Positions 49,148 through 58,145 of a stretch of DNA of 64,000 bases are shown here, piece after piece. A program made the position numbers and the translations under genes. The stretch comes from Gemmatimonas sp. (lineage in GTDB: Bacteria; Gemmatimonadota; Gemmatimonadetes; Gemmatimonadales; Gemmatimonadaceae), in the NCBI GenBank assembly GCA_965279375.1, contig OZ257156.1, positions 1,952,001-2,016,000 of the forward strand. Direction: 5' to 3'. The stretch's first letter is position 1, and each line of letters starts with the position of its first letter. The notes under the pieces were generated by a model. That model was not told the origin of the DNA, ran no database searches, and saw only the letters and a list, made by a program, of their open reading frames with translations.

Positions 49148-51814
49148 ATGCTGCCAAGACTTCTCTCTGCCTGCACCTCCTCGTCCCGTCTGCGCACGGC
49201 CGTGCTGCTCGCGATGGGCGTGACGTTGTTTGCCGCGCCGCTGCGCGCGCAGCACAGCTACACGGAGCAGGCGAACGCGCCCGCGCGTACTTACGATCCG
49301 CGCGTGCCCACGCCGCGTGCGCTGTTGGGCTACGAGATCGGCGATCGCTTCACGTCGCATCGGGCGATGATGCGCTACATCGAACGCATCGCTGCCACGT
49401 CCAGGCGCGTGAAGGTGGACACGGTCACGCGGTCGTTCGAAGGGCGCGAGATGCTGCTGCTGACGGTGACGAGCGAAGCCAATCACGCACGGCTCGCCGA
49501 CATTCAGCGCGACGCCAAGCGTGTTGCCGATCCTCGCGGTGCAGCGGCTGGCGAAGTGGACGCCGCGCAGAAGCGGTTGCCCTCCATTGTGTGGCTGGCG
49601 CACTCGGTTCACGGCGGTGAAGCATCAGGCGTGGAAGCGGGGCTGGCCCTGCTCTACCAGCTCGCAGCCGGTACTGACGCCGAAACGCAGATGGCGCTCG
49701 ACAGCACGGTCGTACTCATCGATCCCAATCAGAATCCTGACGGGCGCGAGCGCTTCACGCACGACCTCGAACGCGCAGCGAGTTCGCAGGGCGTTTCCAG
49801 CGAGCCGCAGGCGATCAACAACGCCGGCTCCTGGCCCGGGCCGCGCACGTCGCACTACTACTTCGATCTCAACCGCGATTGGTTCACGCAGTCGCATCCG
49901 GAGAGCAAGGGGCGCGTGAAGTCGTTCCTTGCGTGGATGCCGCATGTGGCGGTGGATCTGCACGAGCAGGGATCGAGCGCGTCGTTCTACTTCGCGCCGC
50001 CGCGCGAGCCGGACAACGCCAACAACCCCAAGCATCTCGCGAAGTGGTTCGACATCTTCGCGGCGGCGCATGGGGCGGCGTTCGACGTGCACGGCTGGTC
50101 GTACTTCCGTCGCGAGGGTTACGACTCGTTCTATCCGGGCTACGGCGAAGGATGGCCGATGCTCACAGGTGCCATCGGCATGCTCTTCGAGTCGGCGTCG
50201 TCGGCCGGTGGGTCGGTGCGCCGCAACGATGGCTTGCTGCGCACGCTCAAGCAGGCCGCATGGGAGCACTATTCGGCGGAGTGGGCCACGGTGCGCACGT
50301 CGGCCCGTCGTCGGACGGAACTGCTCAAGGACTACGCGCAGGCCCGTGCCGACGCGATCACCAGCCACGCCAAGAATCCGATGCGCGCGATGGTCTTTGC
50401 GCGCGACGATCAGGGGCGTGCGGATTCGCTGGCAGCCAAGCTGCGTGAGAACGGCATCGAAGTGTGGCGCCTGAATGCCGACGCCGACCTCAAGGACGCG
50501 ACGGCGTACGGCAGCAGTGCGATGGCGTTGTCCACCAAGATCAAGGCGGGTGCGTATGTCGTGGACTACGCACAGCCGCAGGGGCATCTGGCGAAGGCCT
50601 TGCTCGAGCCCGATGCCGCGCTCGATTCCGCGTTCCTCAAGTTCGAACTCGAACTGCGGCGCACTGGGCAGCGCAATCGCTTCTACGACGTGACCGCATG
50701 GTCGATGCCGCTGGCGTATCGGCTGCAGGCCTGGACTGTGCGTTCTTTGCCTGCGGGCATCACGGCAGTCACGGACGTGCCGCGCGTCGTATCAGTCGCC
50801 GTGCCCACGGCGCAATACGGCTACGCGTTCGCGCCGGGCAGCGAAGCCTCCATCCGCCTGCTGGCCTCGTTGCTCAAGGACTCGGTGCGCGTCTGGCATG
50901 CGCCGAACAGCTTCACCTCCAACGGCGTGAAGTTTCCGCACGGTGCGTTCGTCGTACGCGTGGCTCCCAATCGCGCGGATGTGCACAACGTCGTGAACAC
51001 ACGCGCCGCGGAGGCCGGAGCGCGCATCGTTGCCATCCCATCCGCTGGCGTGGCCGAAGGCACGGACCTCGGCAGCAACTCCGTCGTGCCGATTCTGGCG
51101 CCGCGCATCGCGCTGTTGGGGAGCACGCCAGTCAGTGGCACGCCCTTCGGCTTCATCTGGTTCGCACTCGACCAGCGCATCGGCTACCCGAGCACGTTGG
51201 TGGACGCCAACTTCGTGGCGAGTGGTGACATGAGCCGCTTCACCGTGCTCATCGTTCCCTCGACGCCCGGCGCAGCGCTGGACCGTCTGCTTGGCGATGG
51301 TGGCAAGGCACGACTGGCTGATTGGGTCCGCAACGGCGGTGTGCTCATCACCACCGAAGCGGCAACGGCGTGGGTGGCGCAGGACAGGTTTCTGCTGCGC
51401 ATGCGCGTGAAGCGTGACTCGGTGCGTGCGGATTCCTCGGGCGGTGCCCCGCTTCCGGGCGGACTGCCGGGTGTACTCGCGCGCGCGACGATCGATACGC
51501 TCTCGCCGCTCCTGACTGGCGTGAATGAGCGTGAGATCCCGGTGTTCGTGAATGCGGATCGCATCTTCACCATTCCCAAGGATCTGTCCGCTGGCGAAGC
51601 GGTGATTCGATTTGCGCCCGACAAGCGTGTGCGAATGGCCGGATACTATTGGCCCGAGGCCGAGGCCAAGCTCGCGCTCACGCCGTACCTGTGGACGGAG
51701 CGCGTGGGACGCGGTCGCGTGATCGCGTTCACGCAGGATCCGGTGTATCGCGACATGTTCCGCGGACTGTTGCCGATCTTCGCCAACGCGGTGTTGCTGG
51801 GCGGAACGTTCTGA
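49148..51814 (+). CDS. Secreted M14 zinc carboxypeptidase with C-terminal GATase-like domain
   Basis: HSVHGGE, NPDGRE, DLNRDW, DLHE, FYDVTAWS; start ATG 49148. Confidence 0.9.
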   Translation: MLPRLLSACTSSSRLRTAVLLAMGVTLFAAPLRAQHSYTEQANAPARTYDPRVPTPRALLGYEIGDRFTSHRAMMRYIERIAATSRRVKVDTVTRSFEGREMLLLTVTSEANHARLADIQRDAKRVADPRGAAAGEVDAAQKRLPSIVWLAHSVHGGEASGVEAGLALLYQLAAGTDAETQMALDSTVVLIDPNQNPDGRERFTHDLERAASSQGVSSEPQAINNAGSWPGPRTSHYYFDLNRDWFTQSHPESKGRVKSFLAWMPHVAVDLHEQGSSASFYFAPPREPDNANNPKHLAKWFDIFAAAHGAAFDVHGWSYFRREGYDSFYPGYGEGWPMLTGAIGMLFESASSAGGSVRRNDGLLRTLKQAAWEHYSAEWATVRTSARRRTELLKDYAQARADAITSHAKNPMRAMVFARDDQGRADSLAAKLRENGIEVWRLNADADLKDATAYGSSAMALSTKIKAGAYVVDYAQPQGHLAKALLEPDAALDSAFLKFELELRRTGQRNRFYDVTAWSMPLAYRLQAWTVRSLPAGITAVTDVPRVVSVAVPTAQYGYAFAPGSEASIRLLASLLKDSVRVWHAPNSFTSNGVKFPHGAFVVRVAPNRADVHNVVNTRAAEAGARIVAIPSAGVAEGTDLGSNSVVPILAPRIALLGSTPVSGTPFGFIWFALDQRIGYPSTLVDANFVASGDMSRFTVLIVPSTPGAALDRLLGDGGKARLADWVRNGGVLITTEAATAWVAQDRFLLRMRVKRDSVRADSSGGAPLPGGLPGVLARATIDTLSPLLTGVNEREIPVFVNADRIFTIPKDLSAGEAVIRFAPDKRVRMAGYYWPEAEAKLALTPYLWTERVGRGRVIAFTQDPVYRDMFRGLLPIFANAVLLGGTF

Positions 51815-51825
51815 CGAGGAGATGG

Positions 51826-52440
51826 ATGAGCGGTGAGCCGCTGGAAACGGGCGCTGAGGCGCCGCGTGATGGTGATGGTCGAGCCTCGGAGCTCTTCGCC
51901 GTACTCTATCAGGAGCTGCATGCGCTGGCGGAACGGCATCTTCGGCGCAGTAGCGATGAGCTGACGATCGGGCCAAGTACGCTGCTGCATGAGGCGTACT
52001 TGAGCCTGTCCGTGCGTGATCAGGCGCGTTTCCCCGACCGCGAGCGCTTCCTGGCCTACGCGTCGCGTGCGATGCGTGGGTTGATCATCGACTATGTGCG
52101 TGCACGCCGAGCCACCAAGCGCGGCGGGGGCTTCGAGATCACGCGCATTGGTGATCACGATGCACCGTCGTCGATGTCGGTGGTCGACGAGCCCGAGTCG
52201 TTGGAGCGACTCAGCATCGCGCTGGATAGCCTGTCGCAGCTCGATGCATCGCTGGCGCAGCTCGTCGATTTGCATTTCTTCTGCGGCTTCACCTTCGTGG
52301 AGATCGCCGCCGGGCGCGGCGTTTCGGAGCGCACGGTGCAACGGGACTGGAAGAAAGCCCGATTGCTGCTGCGACAGATGGCGGGTGTACCGGAGCTGTC
52401 GTCGCACGATGTCGCTTCACCAGACGCGAATCCGATGTAG
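51826..52440 (+). CDS. ECF sigma factor, kinase-associated (TIGR02999-like)
   Basis: LYQELHALA, PSTLLHEAY, AMR..IDYVR, KRGG, SERTVQRDW..AR. Confidence 0.92.
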   Translation: MSGEPLETGAEAPRDGDGRASELFAVLYQELHALAERHLRRSSDELTIGPSTLLHEAYLSLSVRDQARFPDRERFLAYASRAMRGLIIDYVRARRATKRGGGFEITRIGDHDAPSSMSVVDEPESLERLSIALDSLSQLDASLAQLVDLHFFCGFTFVEIAAGRGVSERTVQRDWKKARLLLRQMAGVPELSSHDVASPDANPM

Positions 52441-52478
52441 GTCGTAGGGAGCTATACGTCACTCTGCCGGGATCGGAC

Positions 52479-55229
52479 ATGTCTGCGATGGGGAAGGAGC
52501 GCTGGAAGGCGATTGAACCGCTGCTGGACGTGGCGCTCGAGTTGGAAGGCGAAGAACGCGTGGCGTGGCTGGAGTCGCTGCGCGAGCGTGAGCCAGCGTA
52601 CGCAAGCGACATCGAGGCACTGTTGCGCGGCGAGTCGAGTCGCGGCGGCGATCTGCTCGACGCGTCGCCGCTTGCCGCTGATGCAATCGTCCCTGCGCTC
52701 GTCGGTCAGATCGTTGGTCCGTACACGCTCGTCGAGCCGATCGGCGACGGCGGTATGGGTTCCGTGTGGCGGGGTCGACGCAGCGATGGACGTTTCGATG
52801 GGGACGTCGCCATCAAGTTGCTGCACCTGTCACTGGTGGGTCGGTCGGGTGAGACGCGATTCGCGCAGGAAGGCCAGCTTCTCGCGCGACTGTCGCATGC
52901 GAACATCGCACGTATGCTCGACGCGGGTGTCACGTCCACGGGGCAGCCGTACCTCGTGCTCGAGTACATCAAGGGCGAGCGCATCGATCGATTCGTCAAC
53001 GCCCGACAGATGCCACCGGCGGAGCGCATCAAGCTGTTTCTGCATCTGTGCTCCGCCGTGTCCAGCGCACACGCGCAGCTCGTCCTGCATCGGGACATCA
53101 AGCCGTCGAACATTCTCGTCAGCGAGGATGGCACCGCGAAGTTGCTGGACTTTGGCATCGCCAAGCTCATGGACGATGGACGTGAGCTGGCCAGCGAATC
53201 CACGTTGACGGTGGACTTCGGGCAGGCCTTTACGCCGGAGTTCGCGGCGCCTGAACAGCTGCGCGGCGAACCGGTGTCGATAGCGACGGACGTCTATGCG
53301 CTGGGCATTGTGCTCTACGTCATGCTGGGCGGTCGGCATCCCACCAGTGATGGTTGCACGACGGACGCCGAGCGTCGGAATGCGGCGTTGACTCGTGAGC
53401 CTCTGCGCCTGTCCCGACGCATCAGCGTGTTGACGACGGAAGCCCCGGACGACGCGAAGCGCATCGCCGCCGAACGCAGTGGCTCGCCGGCGTGGCTGCA
53501 GGCGCAGTACAGTGGTGATCTCGACAACATCCTGGCCAAGGCGCTCCGAAAGGATCCGCACGAGCGCTATCAGTCGGTGCAGGCGTTTGCGGACGATCTC
53601 ACAGCGTACCTCACCGATCGCCCAGTATCTGCGCAGGCCGAGTCGTGGATGTATCGTGCGCGAAAGTTTGTGCGACGCAACCGAGTCGCCGTCACAGTGG
53701 GCGCGACGGTCTTCATCACGCTGCTCGGCGCATCCGTGGTGACCACACGGCAGATGTTCGAAGCGCAGCGGCAGCGTGATGCGGCAGCGTTTGAAGCACG
53801 TTACGCGCAGGCGAGCAACGAGTTCCTGACCGCGGTACTCACGGACTACGGGCCGGATGCCGCTCCGGTCTCCCTGCTTGGCTTGCTCGATCGCGCTCGA
53901 GAGGCGGTCCTGTCTCAGACACAAATGGATCCGCGCCTGCGCGGACGTCTGATGGCGGAAGTGGCAGACCAGTACGGAAGAGCGGGCGTATACGACGTGG
54001 CAGCCGCATTGATGTTTGGTGCCGATTCCATCGCACAGCGCATCGCCGATCCCGAGCTGCGGGCAATTGTGTCGTGCCGGATCGCGCTTGGCGCGCTCAA
54101 CGTTGCGGATTCCGCGACAGCGACGAGTCGACTACGCGATGCAGACGAACAGCTTGCGCGTATCACGGCGCCGTCGCCACGCGCCGCTGGACAGTGTCTC
54201 ATCGCTCGCGCAGTGTTCGCGCTCGCGGGCGAACACAACAGCACCAAGGCTGATACGCTCGCCCGCAATGCTGCCGCGCTACTGCGAGAGGGCGGCATGA
54301 AGGACACTCAGCTCTACCTGCTCGCGCTCGAGGCGTTGGCGCAATCGGAATCGTTCCTCGGAAACGACGCCGGTGCGCTGGCCACCCGCAACGAAGTCAC
54401 CGCATCACTGACGCGACAGGGCCGAGTCCGCAGTACCATGCTGCGCGTTTCGCTCGAGCAAGAGGCGGTGTTGCAAGACATCCTCGGCAACAATGTCGCC
54501 GAGTTGCAGGCGACGCTTCGGGCTGCGTCGCTCGTCAGCGCAGCGCGAGCGGCAGGTGCGTCTCCAAAATTCACGTTCCGCGCGCGTGGCTACGCCTTGT
54601 CCAACGGCGCGCAGTACGACTCGGCGAACGTCTATCTGGAGCGGTACATGCGCGTTGCCGACTCGATCGGCGACGATATCGCTGCACTCGATGCGCGAAA
54701 CTTCCTCGTGAAGAATCTCACACAGCAGGGGCGCACCGACCTGGCGCGCCGGCGCATCGCGGAGATGCGCGCCATCGTTCCCCGGATCAGGATGGCCAAC
54801 ATGCGCTCCCGCGTCATCGTGGCGGACGCTCAGCTGTCAGCGGCGGAGGGGCGGCCCGAGGCCGGACTGGGAGCACTCGACTCGCTCCTCCGTGCGAAGG
54901 GCTACCCGAAGAAGGTCCGGATGCTCAATGGTCCCTCGGTCGTGATGCAGCATGCCGATGTTGCGCTCGCGGCACGTCGTTGGGCGCTTGCCGATACCTC
55001 GCTGACGATCGTCGCATCCGCGTATGGGACCACGGTGGCGGATCGGCTGCACAATTGGCGTTTTGGCGAAGCGATGCTGGGGCGGAGCCGTGCGGCCGTC
55101 GGGTTGGGCGATACGGTGGCCGCGCGTGTACGACTGGACAGCGCGCTCGCGCCGCTCAGATTCGGACTTGGCGAAGCGCATCCCAGATCCCGCGAAGCGG
55201 CGGCGCTACGGGATTCCCTGCGTCACTAG
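52479..55229 (+). CDS. Membrane Ser/Thr protein kinase with extracytoplasmic helical/TPR-like region
   Basis: GDGGMG, VAIK, HRDIKPSN, DFG, APE, one TM segment. Confidence 0.95.
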   Translation: MSAMGKERWKAIEPLLDVALELEGEERVAWLESLREREPAYASDIEALLRGESSRGGDLLDASPLAADAIVPALVGQIVGPYTLVEPIGDGGMGSVWRGRRSDGRFDGDVAIKLLHLSLVGRSGETRFAQEGQLLARLSHANIARMLDAGVTSTGQPYLVLEYIKGERIDRFVNARQMPPAERIKLFLHLCSAVSSAHAQLVLHRDIKPSNILVSEDGTAKLLDFGIAKLMDDGRELASESTLTVDFGQAFTPEFAAPEQLRGEPVSIATDVYALGIVLYVMLGGRHPTSDGCTTDAERRNAALTREPLRLSRRISVLTTEAPDDAKRIAAERSGSPAWLQAQYSGDLDNILAKALRKDPHERYQSVQAFADDLTAYLTDRPVSAQAESWMYRARKFVRRNRVAVTVGATVFITLLGASVVTTRQMFEAQRQRDAAAFEARYAQASNEFLTAVLTDYGPDAAPVSLLGLLDRAREAVLSQTQMDPRLRGRLMAEVADQYGRAGVYDVAAALMFGADSIAQRIADPELRAIVSCRIALGALNVADSATATSRLRDADEQLARITAPSPRAAGQCLIARAVFALAGEHNSTKADTLARNAAALLREGGMKDTQLYLLALEALAQSESFLGNDAGALATRNEVTASLTRQGRVRSTMLRVSLEQEAVLQDILGNNVAELQATLRAASLVSAARAAGASPKFTFRARGYALSNGAQYDSANVYLERYMRVADSIGDDIAALDARNFLVKNLTQQGRTDLARRRIAEMRAIVPRIRMANMRSRVIVADAQLSAAEGRPEAGLGALDSLLRAKGYPKKVRMLNGPSVVMQHADVALAARRWALADTSLTIVASAYGTTVADRLHNWRFGEAMLGRSRAAVGLGDTVAARVRLDSALAPLRFGLGEAHPRSREAAALRDSLRH

Positions 55230-55267
55230 CGCCGTCAGTGCTGTGCATCTCTGAACCCGAGGTCCTG

Positions 55268-56137
55268 ATGAAACGCCGCATGTTTTTGCAGAGCGTTGGT
55301 GTGGTCACGGCAGGTTCGCTCTTGGCGCGACCGCGTTTGCTCGATGCGGCAACGCGTTCGCCGAGTGATGCGGCACGTACCACGCTCAACCGCGTCGGGC
55401 TCGAGCTGTACGCCGTGCGCAAGGCGATGAGGGCCGACCCGGAGCGTACGCTCGCGGCCGTGCGCGCTGCGGGCTACGACGATGTCGAGCTGCTTTGGTC
55501 GTTCAAGAACTTCGATCGTACCACGCAGCAGGTGCGTGACTCGCTGGCCAAGGAAGGGCTCAAGGCGCCGTCTGCGCACATCGATCCCAACATCCTGCTG
55601 AACGATTGGGAGTCGAGCCTCAACACCGCCAAGCAGTTGGGGCATCAGTATCTGATCGCGGCCGGATTGCCGGCCGAGTCACGCAAGTCGATCGATGTCT
55701 GGCGTATCTGGGCGGATCGCTTCAACCGCGCGGGTGAGGACGCGCGCAAAGCTGGCATCTGGCTGGCGTTTCACAACGAGCCTGATCACATGAAGCCGAT
55801 CGAGGGGCAGGTGCCGTACGATCTCTTCATCTCGCGCCTCGATCCCAAGGTCACGCGACTGCAGCTTGACGTGGGCAACATGGCGATGGGCGGTGGCGAT
55901 CCGATGGCGTACCTCACCAAGCATCGTGATCGCTACTGGAGCTTCCACGTGAAGGACGTCCTCGCCGATCGCACGCGCGACACCGAGCTTGGGAAAGGCG
56001 TGGTGAATCTCAAGGCGCTGCTGGCTGCAGTTCCGGATATCCAGAAGAAGCCGTGCTACGTGGAGCACGAAAGCCCGACCGACGAGCTGGCGGCGGCGCG
56101 CGCGAACTACACGTATCTCAAGTCGCTGGCGTTCTGA
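55268..56137 (+). CDS. Tat-exported sugar phosphate isomerase/epimerase (AP endonuclease 2 TIM barrel)
   Basis: MKRRMFL leader; FHNE, QLDVG, FHVKD, YVEHE. Confidence 0.9.
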   Translation: MKRRMFLQSVGVVTAGSLLARPRLLDAATRSPSDAARTTLNRVGLELYAVRKAMRADPERTLAAVRAAGYDDVELLWSFKNFDRTTQQVRDSLAKEGLKAPSAHIDPNILLNDWESSLNTAKQLGHQYLIAAGLPAESRKSIDVWRIWADRFNRAGEDARKAGIWLAFHNEPDHMKPIEGQVPYDLFISRLDPKVTRLQLDVGNMAMGGGDPMAYLTKHRDRYWSFHVKDVLADRTRDTELGKGVVNLKALLAAVPDIQKKPCYVEHESPTDELAAARANYTYLKSLAF

Positions 56138-56836
56138 TCATCCGATGGTCGCGTGTTCCGACACCACGCGACCATCGAACAGCTGCACCTCCCGGTGTGC
56201 GTGACGCGCGTACCGGGAGTCGTGCGTCACCATGCAGATCGTGGCGCCGTTCGCGTTGAGCCCTCGCAACAGCTCCATCACCGCCTCCCCGTTCTTCGAG
56301 TCGAGGTTTCCGGTCGGCTCATCAGCCAGCAGGATGGTCGGATCGCCGGCGACCGCACGGGCAACGGCCACGCGCTGTTGCTGTCCGCCTGACAGCTGCG
56401 GCGGATAGTGCTTGGCGCGATGCGACATTCCCACACGCTCGAGCGCCGAGTGGACCCGCTCGCGCCGTTCCTCCGCGTTCATGCTGCGATAGGTCAGAGG
56501 TAGCTCCACGTTCTCGAAGACGGTCAGATCGCTGATCAGGTTGAATGCCTGAAAAATGAATCCGATCTCGCGATTGCGGACGCGCGCCTGCTCCAACGGA
56601 GCGAGCTCTGTCACCGGGGTTCCGTTGATGATGTAGGTCCCCGCCGTCGGGGTATCCAGCAGCCCGAGAATCGAGAGCAGCGTACTCTTGCCGCACCCCG
56701 AGGGGCCAGAAATAGACACGTACTCGCCCTTGGTCATCTCGAAATCCACGTCGGAGAGTGCGTGCGTCTCCATCTCCTCGGTGAGAAACAGCTTTCGAAT
56801 GCCCTTCATCGAGATCAGTGCATCGCTCGCGTGCAT
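56138..56836 (-). CDS. ABC transporter ATPase (LolD/MacB-like)
   Basis: GPSGCGKS, LSGGQQQR, LLADEPTGNLD, VTHD. Confidence 0.95.
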   Translation of the reverse strand: MHASDALISMKGIRKLFLTEEMETHALSDVDFEMTKGEYVSISGPSGCGKSTLLSILGLLDTPTAGTYIINGTPVTELAPLEQARVRNREIGFIFQAFNLISDLTVFENVELPLTYRSMNAEERRERVHSALERVGMSHRAKHYPPQLSGGQQQRVAVARAVAGDPTILLADEPTGNLDSKNGEAVMELLRGLNANGATICMVTHDSRYARHAHREVQLFDGRVVSEHATIG

Positions 56837-56870
56837 GCTCACGCTCCGGCAAGAGGTAATTGTTCCATCG

Positions 56871-58115
56871 CTACTTGATGCGGACACGGTCGGTGGCAGC
56901 AAACGACGACATGTCCGAGAGCACGACACGGTCCCCGACCGAAAGGCCTCGGGATATTTCGATGGTGTTGACCGAGCTGCGACCAAAGTCCACCTGCACC
57001 CGTACAGCCGCATCACCACCATCGAGCACCCGGAACAGTGTCGTCACTCCCGACGTGTTCACCATCGCCGGGCGGCCTGTATACAGCACGTTGGTCATAC
57101 GCTCGATCTGAATCGTGCCGTCAACGTTGATGTCCGGCACGGCGCCGGCCGGAAGCGGACCTTCGAGCTTCACGTCAACCGTCACGTTGCCACCCGTTGA
57201 TCCGGGATCCTTGCGCGTCACGCGTCCCTTCACGATTCCATTGTGCGTATCGATGGACGCGGATTGACCGATCTGCACATCCTTCGCTTGCGACTCCGGG
57301 ATGCGGAGCACCGCCTTGAGTTGCCCGGGCTGAACGACCTTCGCGAGCGTTGTTCCTTCAGGTACCCACTGGCCGAGCTGCAACGTCAGATCCTGTAGCA
57401 CCCCGGCCTCTGGTGCGCGTACATGCAACGAGCGCAGTCGACTCTGCTGGCTCTCGGCGATCGCGTGGAGCTGCTCGACGCGGGACGCCTGCACCGCGAT
57501 CTGCGAATCGATCGACTGCGCCATCAACGTCAGGCGCTCCCGCTCGACGCGATAGCGGATGGTGTACTCTTCAGCCGATGCGCGGCGATTGGCCGCATCA
57601 AACTGCGGTACCAAGCCGAGTTTGCTCAGCGAATCCGCCGCACGGGACTCCTGTGCGCTGCTGATCCACGATGTCTTCATCGTGGCGACTACGCCCTCCT
57701 GAGACAGCAGCGCGCTGCGCAACGACGTGCGAAGATTCAGCAGATCGATCTGCGCCTGCCGCACCTGCTGCTCGGCTTGCATGGTCTGGATCTGCAGGTC
57801 CGGGTTGGAGAGCTCGAGCAATAGATCATCCGCGCCAATCTGACGACCTGATTCCGATGCAAGACGCTCTACGCGAGCGGATGCCTGCGCCGTGATCCAG
57901 CGAACATGCTCAGGCGTCAGTGATCCACTGCCACGTACTTCGCGCACGATATCGCCGCGTCGCACGGTATCCATGACCACGGTCAAACGGTCGACCACGG
58001 GCGCAGCGGGGCGCAGCTGACTCAGTGCGTATGCAGTAGCGACAAGCGCAACGCTGCCGAGCGCAACGGTGATGTTGCGTGTGCGTGAGGACCGGGGCGC
58101 GCGGGCGATGTCCAT
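56871..58115 (-). CDS. Efflux periplasmic adaptor (HlyD/MacA-like)
   Basis: N-terminal TM, VRRGD..VRGSG, coiled coil, VRAPEAG, GLSVGDRVV. Confidence 0.9.
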   Translation of the reverse strand: MDIARAPRSSRTRNITVALGSVALVATAYALSQLRPAAPVVDRLTVVMDTVRRGDIVREVRGSGSLTPEHVRWITAQASARVERLASESGRQIGADDLLLELSNPDLQIQTMQAEQQVRQAQIDLLNLRTSLRSALLSQEGVVATMKTSWISSAQESRAADSLSKLGLVPQFDAANRRASAEEYTIRYRVERERLTLMAQSIDSQIAVQASRVEQLHAIAESQQSRLRSLHVRAPEAGVLQDLTLQLGQWVPEGTTLAKVVQPGQLKAVLRIPESQAKDVQIGQSASIDTHNGIVKGRVTRKDPGSTGGNVTVDVKLEGPLPAGAVPDINVDGTIQIERMTNVLYTGRPAMVNTSGVTTLFRVLDGGDAAVRVQVDFGRSSVNTIEISRGLSVGDRVVLSDMSSFAATDRVRIK

Positions 58116-58145
58116 CGGATCGATCAGTGGGAGAGTAGCGTCGAG

